A DNA stretch of 64,000 bases from Blastocladiella emersonii ATCC 22665 (Eukaryota > Fungi > Blastocladiomycota). A program made the position numbers and the translations under genes. The stretch is from the NCBI GenBank assembly GCA_025594325.1, contig JANHCV010000008.1, positions 1-64,000 on the forward strand, given 5' to 3'. The number at the start of each line of letters is the position of its first letter. Within the stretch, counting starts at the first letter, position 1. This document shows, in pieces, positions 1-11,490 of the stretch. The notes below the pieces were generated by a model. That model had not been told where the DNA came from, made no database searches, and saw nothing but the letters and a program-made list of their open reading frames with translations.

Positions 1-36
1 GGACAAAAGCCGAGGGAGATATGGCGGTTCAAAGTG

Positions 37-121
37 TCCCCCCTTCCCCCCTCCCTCCCTCCCTCCCCCTTCCTTTCTCTCCTTCTCTTCCCCCTTTTCC
101 TCCCTCTTTCCTTCTCCTTTC
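37..121. repeat. Pure polypyrimidine (C/T) low-complexity tract
   Basis: Positions 37-121 contain only C and T, including CCCT repeats; the minus strand has multiple G-runs. Confidence 0.9.
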
Positions 122-1652
122 ACCCGTATCTGTACCCAAAATGTCCTGTTCAGACGGGGTGTGATTGAGCGGCGAACCCGTCGCTGCGGAAACGAAGCTC
201 GCGCGCATTTTCAGACCAGCCAGCGCCGTCTTTCATCTTCACACCTCGCCACTAGCTGCATCCCGTTGCATCGTCTGGTTGCAATCAGTGACATGAATCT
301 CAAGCTTTAACAGACCCCCTTCATCGCCTTCGCCGGCATTCGATCTACCAAATCTCCTGGCTGACGCGTCTTGACGCGACTGGCGGTTCGATCGCGTGAT
401 CCAACGGCGCCACACCTGCCGACCAATGACTTCGCGCCGCTGTCACTCCGGGACTCGACTCTTCCATTGTTGGTTCGACACACTGGATATCACTACTCTC
501 AATGTAACCTGATGCAAATGAGTTACGACGTGATTGGCAAGGAGATCCTGGTCCGCGGGCGGGTTCGGCGGCGATTGTGGCGTTTGCAAACTTGCTGATG
601 TCGTGCTCGCGTGCGACTCCACCATGTTCGTGCACTAAACACGTGTCACAGCAAACGCAGGAATACGAAGCAAGTGTTGTTGTGTTCCGCGCCACCCATC
701 CCGCTGTTCGTGTTGGCCCGCCTTGGGGGTGATCACGGGTTTACTACCACGCTTGAGGTCCTCCCTGTTGACGATGGGCTGGCTGAGTGGTGCATGTTCG
801 TGTCGTTGCAGCTTCTTGAGTCTCCTAACGCGCCACTTCCGTGCGTGTATGGTAACGGCCCGCCGTCGCCGCGTTCGTTGCGGGCGAAGACCACGATGCT
901 GTGCTCGCGCTCATCGGCGAGACCTCATTTACGGCCAGCTCCTCATACTTAGCTGCGTGGCGTCGGGACTCGGGCACCTCTAACTAAGCTGGCCGCGACC
1001 ACAATCTCACGCTCTTTGCGAAACACATCCATGACCTGCTACGCCTTCAAGCGCACACTGCCAAGCCCCTCTACTGGTTCGTGCCATTCCACGCGACTTG
1101 ATGGTCTGCGGCTTAATAATACAAACACGCGCCGCTGCGCACCGTTTGGGGACTCATCGCTTGATGCCGTTTCGCGTACCAATACACCCGCGGGTCTCTG
1201 CAGCTTGGGAAAAGCATCAGCCTGTCGCAGAAAAATTTTGGCTTCACCCAGCGATATTGGCTGCTGCGGCCTTGAGCGAGCATCACGCGACTACCAACGC
1301 GACCTCCTTGCTGCAGCCGCGCCTGTTATGTTTTGTGGCAGTACGTGCTGCAACCCCTTGACGTCCCCGCCAATCTTGGCTATCGCTGCCGCTGCTCACT
1401 CTCAAACCTGCCCTTCATCTAGCTGGCGAACTCGCGAATCTTGTACGCGACCGAGTCGCTGCTGAGATCAGATAGCTCATCCCCGCGCAGCGGTCCCAAC
1501 CCGCTTGCCCGAGGTAACTCGGTCAGTGTAGACCGCGCTGTTGAAGCAGCGCGTGAATGCCGTCGCTCGCGTCAGTTGGTTTCGACTCAGGCTTGCTTCT
1601 TGCTGCTGATCAAACTCCAGCGGTTTGCTCAAGTACAGATCCACTTCACTGC

Positions 1653-2483
1653 TCATCGCCAGTACATTGATTTGGACTCAGAATCAAAACCAGTGGCAGT
1701 ATCCTCATCAAGCTCGGCAAGCCCCGCTTCGTGCCACCACGCAATCACATCAGCGCGTCCGCGTTTCCTCGCCCTCGCCATGCCCTTGGTCGACGCCTTG
1801 AGTGGAAGGCCTGAGTTGCGCCACCAGCGCAGCACGTCGATCCGCCCAGTAGCCGCGACATCGTCCGCGGCCGCCTCAGAGTACAAGGCGGGCCACCTCG
1901 ACTCGCGCAGCAGCCAGTTGAGTACATCAACCTTGGACGCGGCGTCCATGAGGTTCAAGGTCATCTTGTCAGCAAGGAGCCCCGAGTCGCGCCACCACTG
2001 CAGCGTCCCAATGTGCCCGTTGCGCGCAGCGCCGCGGATCGCGCGTTGGGTGAACCTGAGCGGGTACCCTGACATACGCCACCACTCGAGCACGTTTGTG
2101 CTGCCGTTGATCGATGCAAACGCCACGGCGTGCACGTTATACTCGAGCTCAGTACAGTTCCAGCTGGCGAGCCACGCCAACACGTTTACGTGGCCGTGTT
2201 CGCTCGCCGCGTTGGCGATCCGCGTGGGATCGACGGGAAGCGGTACGTTAAGCGCGCGCCACAGATCAAGCACGGCAACGTTCCCACACTCGACGGCGGC
2301 GTTGAAGACGGAGCTGGGTTGCTGCGCGAGCCGCGACCTGTCGAGTGCACGAAGCACGGGGCCAGGCGGCGAGGTCACAGCAAAGTACGCTGCAATGTGC
2401 GCCGTGTCGCTACCAAGCTGGACGGCGTGCGCGAGGATTGACTCGATCAGCTTGGTGGGTAGCCTTTGTTCATTGGATCTCAT
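1653..2483 (-). CDS. Ankyrin-like repeat protein with F-box-like N-terminus (copy 1)
   Basis: Intronless ORF from ATG at 2483 (MRSNEQRLPTKLIESILAHAV). It carries about 35-aa repeats of the type A(S/A)xxGHxxVLxWWxxSGL. Confidence 0.75.
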   Translation of the reverse strand: MRSNEQRLPTKLIESILAHAVQLGSDTAHIAAYFAVTSPPGPVLRALDRSRLAQQPSSVFNAAVECGNVAVLDLWRALNVPLPVDPTRIANAASEHGHVNVLAWLASWNCTELEYNVHAVAFASINGSTNVLEWWRMSGYPLRFTQRAIRGAARNGHIGTLQWWRDSGLLADKMTLNLMDAASKVDVLNWLLRESRWPALYSEAAADDVAATGRIDVLRWWRNSGLPLKASTKGMARARKRGRADVIAWWHEAGLAELDEDTATGFDSESKSMYWR

Positions 2484-2778
2484 GACTGTGCAACGTTGCA
2501 GGAGGAATGAGAGCGAGTTGCGCGGTTCCTGGAGCGAGGGTCGCATCGAACAGCGCTTCAACACGGATCATCTGATGCTGCGTGACGGCCCAGTGTGGCG
2601 CAACGCGGTCGGTCGGTCGGAGCGGGTGCGCTGTTCGGCTCTGAAAGGTCGGGTACACATGCAGCTACTTCAAGATCGGGAGACATTTCGAATCAAAGGG
2701 AGAGAAACCAGCTGACCCTCAGTTGTATTCGGACCCGTGCTGATGCGGGCGACGTCGGCAGCAGACGAAAACTGGTGC

Positions 2779-3580
2779 TCACGCGTCTGGATCCGGCAGG
2801 CCCGCCTCTCGCCACCACGCAACGACGGCAGCGTGCCCGCGTCTCCTCGCTTCGTTGATCCCCTTCCCTGACGCCTTGATCGTGAGCCCTGAGCTGCTCC
2901 ACCACCGTAGTAATTCGATTCGCCCAGCAGCCGCGGCCGCGTCGACCGCCGCCGCCGAGTATTCGACGGGCCACCCGGACTCACGCAGCATCCACTCGAG
3001 CACCGCGACCTGCCCAAACTCGGACGCCACGTCCATAATCTTGTCCGTGAACCCGCCAACGTGCAGCCCCGAGTCGCGCCACCACTGGAGCGCCGCGACG
3101 TCCCCATTCTTGGTGGGCCCCGTGAAGGCAAGCTGCGAGTACATGGGCGGGTTGCCCGACGCCTTCCACCACTCGAGCACGTTGAAGTGACCGTTCATGG
3201 ACGCGAAGTTCATGGCGTGCACGGTGTAGCCCGATAGGGGCCCGCTCGCGCGCACGATCCACCCGAGGACGTCAGCGTGACCGTCGCGACAGAGGTCGTT
3301 GACCAGCGGCTTCATGAACTCTGGGTGCACGAGCAAGTCGAGGGAGCGCCACAGATCAAGCAGGTCGCGGTGGGGATGCGTTACGGCGACGAATATGGCG
3401 GTACTAAGCTCGTGCTCGAGGCGGTGCTTGGCGAGCGCGCAGAGCGCAGAGCGCCGGACTGGGCGTCGTCAGAACGGCAAAGTAGGCCGAGTAGTTGGTG
3501 GCGTCGTCGTCGACTTGGACGGCCTGCACCAAGATGTACTCGAGGAGTTCAATAGCTAGCTTCTGTTCATTGTATTCCAT
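2779..3580 (-). pseudogene. Ankyrin-like repeat protein (copy 2), frameshifted tandem paralog of 1653..2483
   Basis: ATG at 3580 gives MEYNEQKLAIELLEYILVQAV, matching copy 1. A 7-bp tandem duplication (AGAGCGC x2, 3441-3454) shifts the frame. Removing one copy joins the N-terminus to the repeat-encoding frame that ends at 2779. Confidence 0.7.
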
Positions 3581-3825
3581 TGCTGTAAGTGCTTTGGCGT
3601 GAGGGTGGAAGAGCGCTGAGGCGAGGGGGGGCGGATCGCGAGCTGCCGCGTCGCCTCCGCTTCGCGCCCTGCTTCGCGCTCGCCGCTCGCTCGACCTCGT
3701 CGCGTGAGCTGTTCGTTCTCCTCTCGCTGCGTAGCCGATTGTTCAACAAAACCCGTTTTCTTACATTGCACCGATACAAAACTCTTCTTCCTCCTCAACT
3801 CGATCCAGACTGGCGCGACACCGGC

Positions 3826-6800
3826 TTAGTTCTGGACGTTGGCGGCGAGCCAGGCGGCGACGGCGTCGCGGTCGCGGTTGAGCCAGGTGGCCTGGGCGCG
3901 GATCTTCTCGAGCGTCTGCTGGATGGCGCGGTCGACGTGCTTGGTGTCCTTGCCGGCGAAGAAGCCCTCGACCTCGCGGTCCGCGAACTCGGCGTCGGCC
4001 CAGTCGGCGGCGATGCCGACGCAGTGCGCGAGGAGCGACAGCGAGCCCTTGAACTGCGCCTCGAGCTGGGCCCAGTTGTCCTGCACAAACTTCCACGCCA
4101 GGGCGCGGCCCTTGGGGTTGCCCGCGACCGAGCGCAGCGGGTACATGAAGTCCTGCGGGCGCACCTTGCCGCCCTTGAGCGAGTACTCGAGCAGCTCGGC
4201 CATGAGCTTGGTGTCGGGGACGCGGCCGAGGGCGCCGAGCGCGGCGAGGCGCTGGTCGGCCGACAGGGACTCGTTCTCCCAGATGGCCTTGACGGCGTCG
4301 AACTCGGAGCGCGAGCCGACGGCCGCGTTCTTGAGCACGATCGCATACACGGCACCGCGCAGGTTCGGGTGCACGGCCGTGGCGTCGCCCTGGACGAACC
4401 GGGCGAAGCGCGCCTTGGCCTGGGCCACCACCTCCTTGTCGCCGTTGAGCCCGGCCACCGACACGACGAGCTGGCGGAGCAGCGCGTCGAGCTGCGACTC
4501 GCCCTCGGGGAAGTCCCACCCGACGCGGTGCGCCGTGGGCGCGAAGATGGTGCGCGACAGCGCCGCGAGCTGGTCGTTGACCGCGTCGCCCTCGAGCGCC
4601 CACACCGTCTTGACGTGCGCGAGCTTCTCGGCCACGGCGTTGAGGGCAATGTACTCGCGCTCGTTGGCAAAGTGGCGGAGCAGCTGCAGCGCGTCGACCG
4701 TCGACGTGTACCCGGCGGCGGCGAGCGCGAACGTGTCGCCGACGAGGCCGACGCGGTCGGCCGTGTTGAGCGTGGCCTTGTCGCCCTGGTTGGCGATCAC
4801 CTCGCCGAGCTTCTCGAGGTCGGCGGGCGCGTACTGGGTGCGGAAGAAGTTGGCCTGGTGGCGGTTGAGCTTGTAGAAGGCGGGCGTGGCGGGGATCGTG
4901 AACTCGCCCGAGCGGGACTTGAGCATTGTCGACTGCGCCGAGCGCTGGGTCGCGGCCTCGTCGCCCGTGTAGAGACCAAGCGGGCACCACCACTCGACCG
5001 TGTCCTCGTCGGCCTGCACGTTGCCCGACGACAGGAAGCGCGACTGCGAGACCGTGACCTTGTCGGCGGCCGTGCGCTCGACCTTGAGCACCGGGTACCC
5101 GATCTTGGTGGTCCACAGCTGCATGAACTGGGCGACGTCGACGCCGGCGGCCTCGGACAGCGCGGCCCACAGGTCGTTGGTCGTGGCGTTGCCGTACTTG
5201 TGGCGCTGGATGTACTTGCGGATGCCGGCGAGGAACGTGTCCTGCGTGAGCCACGACGACAGCATGCGGATCACCGACGCGCCCTTGGAGTACGAAATCG
5301 CGTCAAAAATCTGGCTCACCTGCGACGAGGAGCGCACCGCGACGTGGATCGGGTGCGACGAGCGAAGGCCGTCGAGCGACAGGGCACGCGTCATGTCATC
5401 GCCGACAAAGTTGGTCCACACGTTCCACTCGGGGAAGAGCGAGTCGGTCGCGAGCCAGCCGACCCAGGTGGCAAAGCCCTCGTTGAGCCAGAGCTCGTCC
5501 CACTAGTAGTAGTTGATCGGGTCGGAGGAGGGGTGAGGGTCATGGGGTTAGCTTGGCCGCGCGAGACGCGGCAGCACGAGAAGGCGAGAATGCGTACCCA
5601 GGACATGGTGACGAGGTTGCCGAACCACTGGTGGGCTACATGGGCGCGAGGAGGGGCGAGGTCAGAGACCCGAGGGCCGAGTCGCGACACCGAGTCGAGG
5701 AACCGTACCCAGCTCGTGGGCGACGACGTAGGCGACGCCCTGCTTGGTCTTGGCGCTAGAAGTCTTCTCGTCGAAGAGCAGATAGATTGTGCGGTACGTG
5801 ACGAGACCCCAGTTCTCCATTGCACCTTTACGGACGGGAAACGCGAGAAATCAGCGAATTTCGCGGACCCAGAGCCCAGAAACACACGTACCGGCGCTGA
5901 AGTCGGGAACCGCGAGCATGTCCATTTTGGGGAGCGGGTACTTCTCGCCGAACACCTCGGAGAAGTACTCGAGGATGCGGACGGCGCAGCCGAGGGCGAA
6001 CTTGCCCTTGGCGCTCTCGCCCTTGGACGTGTAGACGCGGACGGTGACGGGCTCGGGGAGGGCGGCGCACGAGGGCGAGGTCTTGGACTCGATGTACTCG
6101 AGCTCGCCGACGGCCATGGCGACGAGCTATGGGCGCGGGTCGATCGGGGTGAGCGACGAGTCGTGGGTTGATGGAGAGCCAAGGATGAGAAACGCACGTA
6201 GGTCGACATGATCGGGGTGCGGGCAAACTTGACCGTCTTGTGGGTGGCGAGCTTGGGGTGGTCCTCCTCGGCGACGACGTTCATGTTGGAGAGGGCGGTG
6301 AACTCCTTGCGAACGTTGAGGACAACGTCGAAGGTGGCCTTGTGGGCGGGCTCATCCCTGGGCAGAAGGAGGTCGAGGAGGAGGTCGGGGAGGAGGAGGA
6401 CGAGAAGGAGTCGGCGGATCGAGTGAGCAAAGGCGGATCTACACGAGGACGCGGCGGGACGACGACGCACCAGCAGGGGAAGGCGCGGCGGGCGTCGGTC
6501 GCTTCAAATTGCGTGACTACCATGGCTCTGCGGGGAGCAACAGAAGTCAGCGGAGGAGCAACATACGGGCAAAGAAAGTGACGACGAGGTACTTCTGGTT
6601 GCCGTCCTTGCCGGTGTAGCCCGAGCGGTAGAAACCGGCCATCTTGTCGTTGTGGATGCCCTTGAAGGTGATGGTGAGGGTGGCGTCGGCGCCGGCGGGG
6701 AGGGCCGAGGGGAAGTGGAGCGACGACTGCTCGATCTTCTCGTCGTGGGTGATGGACGACGCGTCGAGGCGCTGCTCGGCCTTGTTGTGGGCAAAGGTGA

Positions 6801-6987
6801 CGTGGGCAGCGTGCACCTCGAGCTCCTTGGTGTTGACGACGACGACATCGGTGGCGGTGCGCACCTTGACGGCGATGTCGACGGTGCCGTCGAAGGTGAA
6901 GGCCTCGAGGTCGGGCGTGAGGTTCACCGTGTAGTGCACGGGCGTCACGTTGGCGGGGACGATCTCGCGGTCGGCGGGGGTCGACAT
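3826..6987 (-). CDS. APE2: M1 family (puromycin-sensitive/Ape2-type) zinc aminopeptidase, multi-exon
   Basis: Spliced translation gives [18 protein letters not shown], the GAMEN motif, HELAHQW-x-NEG (HEXXH-18-E) and [12 protein letters not shown] introns are visible between exons. A possible upstream extension runs to 7335 (see findings). Confidence 0.93.
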
Positions 6988-7737
6988 GGTGGTGGTGGTT
7001 TGGTGGTGGACTAGATGGAGAGCGGGGAGAGCGAGGGTTAGGTTCGCGTCGATGCAGGACGAGGAGAGCGACGCGTGGGTCCACTCGGCGCGGCGACGCG
7101 GGCAGCAGCAGCAGCAGTCCCAGCTGCAGGATCAGACAAGGCGAGCGAGCAAGCGAGCAGGTACACCTTGGCGGATCTGGCCGAGGAGCGACGGTCCGGT
7201 CGCTGCGAGCAGCTGGAACGCGACAGCGACGAGGGCCGTCGCGAGCGCCGCCCTGACGAACGCCGCCCAGCGCCACGCGGGCTCGGCAGGCGTGTCGTCG
7301 CGGCGGTTGCGCGAAGCCGTGTTGCGCGGTGCCATGGTCGCGCTAGTACGTCTGCTGCCGCGCCGCGCCGTGATCGTCGCCGTGGCCGTTGGTTGGTCTT
7401 CGGTGCATGGGTAGAGGGGTGTATCATGATGAGCGGGGCGTACCTCTCGGGTGCGCACTCAGAGGTCCGGGGAGAGCGGGGGCCGTGTTGGGGGCGGCGG
7501 TCCGTTTTGTGGTTCTCGGCGGTCGGCGGAAGGCGGAAGCGAAGCGAAGAGCAAACGCGATCGGCACTTCGGCCTGCTCGTGTCACGGCTCTCCCGAACC
7601 ACGCGGACGTGAAACGCGTCGCGCCGCGCCTTTTGCCGCCTGACGCGACTGGAAGCCGGTTTGCGACCTCACGCAACGAGAAAGCAGGTTTGCGAACAGA
7701 TTTGGTTTTGTATTGCACTCCGTCATCCCTTCCCATG

Positions 7738-9990
7738 TCATTTCCCGCTAAAGAACGCGTCCACCTCGTCCGCCGTGGTCCCGGCGACCGCCTCGGGCGT
7801 CGTCGGCATGGGTGCGACCGCGAGCTTGGGCGGCGCGGCGGCCTGGCTGCGGCGGAGAAAGGCGCGCGGGTTGAAGGTGCCGTCGGGCGATGGCGCGAGC
7901 TCCGACGACGGCGATGTGCCCGCGACGAGAGCCGGGCTCGACGGGTGCGACCGCGGCGTGCGGCGGAGCCCGAAGAACGCGGGCGCCGCGGCGTTTTCGG
8001 GCTCCGCGGCCGCGTTGACAGTCGTGAGCGACGGCGCCGATGCCGTCGAGTCAATGATCCGCGGCCGCGGGCGGAGCACGACACCGGCCACGCCGCGCTG
8101 CCGCGGCGACCCGCGCTCATCGTCGTCCTCGTCGGCCTCGTCCTCCTCCGAGTGGCTGCTGAGCCCGCCGCTACCAGTGCGCCGGCGCACGCGGCGTTTC
8201 GCGCCGCGGGTCGGCGACCGGTCCGGGTTAGCGGCGGCGAGCCGGCGCACGAGGGCCTCGCGCAGCACGTCGTTCGGGTGGACGGGCGCGCGCGCCTGCT
8301 CAACCGAGGGCCCCTTGTTCCCGCGCGGGGTCGGGTGCGACCCGACGCGCCGCAGCTGCACCTGCTTCATCTCCGACAGCAGGTTGGTCATGTCGACGGC
8401 GGCACCCGCGTTCTTCGCGGCGGGCGCGGTGCTGCCGGGCTTGCGCTTGATGACGAGCGGCGGGGTCGGCGCGAGCAGGGGCGGCGGCGGCGGGGGTGGG
8501 GGCGGAGGCGGACCACCGGCGCCAGGACGCGCGACGAGGGGGCCCATCGGGGGCGGCGGTGGTGGAGGGGGCGGCGGCGGACCCGCGGCAGCGAGTGCGG
8601 GCGGGGGTGGGCGCGCGAGGTACTGCTCCTGCAGCTTGGCAAACGCGGCCTTGAGCTCGGCGAGCTGGGCGCGCACGTCGGCAAGCTCTTCGGCGGCCTC
8701 GGCCGACAGACCCGACGCGGTGCCCGCCTGCGACACGGACGAGTGCACACTGGGCGCGCGCGGTTCCCGTTCGTCGGAAGACGAGGTGGCGGGCGGCGGG
8801 AGCGAGGCCGTGGACGCGCGCGAGCGGAACTCCTCGTCGTCGGTCATGGCGGCCGAGGAGGCGAGGTGGTTGCTGAGCGCGGGCACGCTCTGGGCGGTGC
8901 CGGACCCGCGTCGGCCGAGCGACCGGCGCTCGCGCTGGCGGCCGCGGCGGAACTCGTCCTCGTCCATGTCCATGGCGTCCTCGGGCCACTGGAAGGGCGG
9001 CGACGAGACGAGCGTGGCGTTGCCGCGGGTCGGGCTCATGCCGGGAGCGGTGGCGGCGCGGACGACGGTGCCGGGCGGGGAAGCGGCGGGCTCAAAGGCG
9101 ACGGCGAGCGAGGCGGGCGGCGGGCGGTACACGCGGAACTCGGCGTCGTCGTCGAGTGCCCCGCCGAAGTCGGGGTCGAGGCCAAACGACTCGGGCGCGG
9201 CGGCATCGAGTGCCCCGGCAAAGTCCTCGGCCTGCTTGGCGAGGCGCTCCGAGTAGACCGAGTCGTGGCGGACGACAGGCGCGGCGGTGGTCGACTTTTT
9301 CTTGCGGGTGCGGCGGCGGTCGCCCGTGCGCTTTCCCGCGCGGAGGGTTGCAGGCTACACGCATCAAACGCGGTCAGAGGGAGTCCGTCGGAGCAAGGAT
9401 CGAGACGGGAGTACCTTGCGGCCATCGGCGGCAGCAGCCGGCGCCTTGAAGAGGCCGAGCAGCGAGTGGACCGGGTACGTGACGACGGCGAGGACCGACT
9501 CGAGCAGCGTGGGCGGTTTCGCGGCAGCCGCGAGGGCAGCAGCGCGCTCCTTGGCGCGCTCAATCTGGGCAATCGGGTCGGCCGGGTCGGCGGCCGAGGG
9601 CGAGGGCGCAACGCGGCGGCGGCGCGCCATGTCGATTGCGTCGTCGGGTTCGGACTCGTTGTCGTCGTCGGAGGCAGAATCGGACGACCAGTCGGCGTCA
9701 CTCGCGGCGGCGGGTTGCGGTATTGGTGGTGGTGGGGGCGGCGGCAGCGGTGGCAGCGAGGCCCAGCGGCCGCGATGGGCAGCGGCGGCGGCGGGGCGGG
9801 ACGCGAAGGCGGAGCGGCCGTGCGAGAGGGAGAGGGCGGCGCGGCGGTTGGCCGAGGCGAGGGCCGGGTCGGCGAGCGAAGCGCGAGGTGCGGCGAGGCG
9901 CAGTCGTTTCCGCGGGGTCGCTGCAGACGATGAGGACGAGGAGGGGCCCGGTATTGGGGGCGGCGCGGGGGTCGGGCCGGCCTTGCCCAT
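7738..9990 (-). CDS. Proline-rich protein with MTFR1 (mitochondrial fission regulator)-like or WH2-like C-terminal motifs
   Basis: ATG at 9990 and a 60-bp GT-AG intron at 9355-9414 join the ORFs in frame. The product has a coiled coil (EELADVRAQLAELKAAFAKL), polyproline tracts, DMTNLLSEMKQVQLRRV and PNDVLREALVRRLA. Confidence 0.6.
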
Positions 9991-10342
9991 CCTTGGCGAA
10001 GACGACGCGTCGCGACGCGCTTGAGGGAACGTGGGAAGCGCGCGCACGTGCGCAGTGGGAGACACTTTTCCAGGCGAAGACGTGAAAGCGGCGCGATGGG
10101 GCCGAGACGGGCGCGGCCGGAGAGCGCTCGCGGCGGTGAGCAAGATGCGACGAGTGGAGGGCGGCGAGCAGGTCTAGCGAACGCTGCGATGGACGGTCGA
10201 GAACGGCGAGGGTGCCGCGAGCCTGCATGCACCTTGCCGGCGACGAGAAGATGAAGCGCGTCACCTGACGCCCGAGAGCGCCCAAGCGCGCGCGAGCGCT
10301 CCGCCACACGCTCCCGCTCCCCTCACCCGTAAACGAAGCATC

Positions 10343-11428
10343 ATGGAAAAGTACCAGGTACTCGCCAGTACCTGCAACCGCGCGCCCGCCGCCCGGATCG
10401 CTCACCCGCGGCCGACGCTACAACAGAAAATCGAGAAGCTCGGCGAGGGCACCTACGGCATCGTCTACAAGGCCCAGAACCGCGACTCGGGCGACATCGT
10501 CGCCCTCAAGCGCATCCGCCTCGACAACGAGGAGGAGGGCGTCCCCTGCACCGCCATCCGCGAGATCTCGCTGCTCAAGGAGCTCAAGCAGGCCAACATT
10601 GTCCGCCTCTACGACGTGCTGCACACCGACAAGAAGCTCACCCTCGTCTTCGAGTACATGGACTCGGACCTCAAGAAATACCTCGACGCCAACAACGGCG
10701 ACCTCGACCCCGCCGTCGTCCGCCAGTTCCTCTACCAGCTGCTCAAGGGCATCGCCTTCTGCCACGAGCACCGCGTCCTGCACCGCGACCTCAAGCCCCA
10801 GAACCTGCTCATCAACAAGCGCGGCGAGCTCAAGCTGGCCGATTTCGGCCTCGCCCGCGCCTTTGGCATCCCCGTCCGCAGCTACTCCAACGAGGTCGTC
10901 ACCCTGTGGTACCGCGCACCCGACGTGCTCATGGGCTCGCGCCAGTACTCGACCTCCATCGACATCTGGTCCGCCGGCTGCATCTTTGCCGAGATGGCCA
11001 CCGGCCGCCCGCTCTTCCCCGGATCCAACATTGCCGACCAGCTGCTGCGCATCTTCCGCGTCCTCGGCACCCCGTCCGAGGACACCTGGCCCGGGTGCAC
11101 CGCCCTCCCCGACTGGCGCGCCGACCTCCCGCGCTTCGACCCGCAGCCGCTCGATCCGCTCCTCCCCAAGCTCGCCGCCGAGCCCGCCGCCCCCGGCATC
11201 GACCTCTTGCGCCTGCTCCTCGAGTTTGCCCCGCACCGCCGCATCGACGCCCTCTCCTCGCTCCAGCGTACGCTTTCTTCCGAGTGCATGCGAGCCGCGT
11301 GTGTCTCACCTCCCACTCGCCACGTAGACCCCTACTTTGACGCCATCCGGCCACCACCCTCCAACCCCGCCCAGTACGCCGCCGCACCCGCCGCCGCCGC
11401 CACCTCGACCGTGCCACCACTATCGTAA
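10343..11428 (+). CDS. Cyclin-dependent kinase, CDK5/Pho85-like (PCTAIRE helix)
   Basis: [30 protein letters not shown] and VVTLWYRAP motifs. Two introns (after MEKYQ and before the HPYF motif). Confidence 0.92.
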   Translation: MEKYQVLASTCNRAPAARIAHPRPTLQQKIEKLGEGTYGIVYKAQNRDSGDIVALKRIRLDNEEEGVPCTAIREISLLKELKQANIVRLYDVLHTDKKLTLVFEYMDSDLKKYLDANNGDLDPAVVRQFLYQLLKGIAFCHEHRVLHRDLKPQNLLINKRGELKLADFGLARAFGIPVRSYSNEVVTLWYRAPDVLMGSRQYSTSIDIWSAGCIFAEMATGRPLFPGSNIADQLLRIFRVLGTPSEDTWPGCTALPDWRADLPRFDPQPLDPLLPKLAAEPAAPGIDLLRLLLEFAPHRRIDALSSLQRTLSSECMRAACVSPPTRHVDPYFDAIRPPPSNPAQYAAAPAAAATSTVPPLS

Positions 11429-11490
11429 CGACTGTGCATCAACAACCCGCCCTGTATTGATATATCACCTGCCCCACCCACTCGCTCGCC

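Noticed and set aside
345-1650. Short ORFs at the left end
   Set aside because: No recognisable motifs or consistent codon bias; treated as intergenic or unresolved.
3589-6171. 860-aa plus-strand ORF (and similar long ORFs at 7075..9933, 11746..13362, 26120..27943 and 43476..45047)
   Set aside because: These are antisense shadow ORFs of high-GC3 genes on the opposite strand. They are Arg/Gly/Ala-rich with no family motifs.
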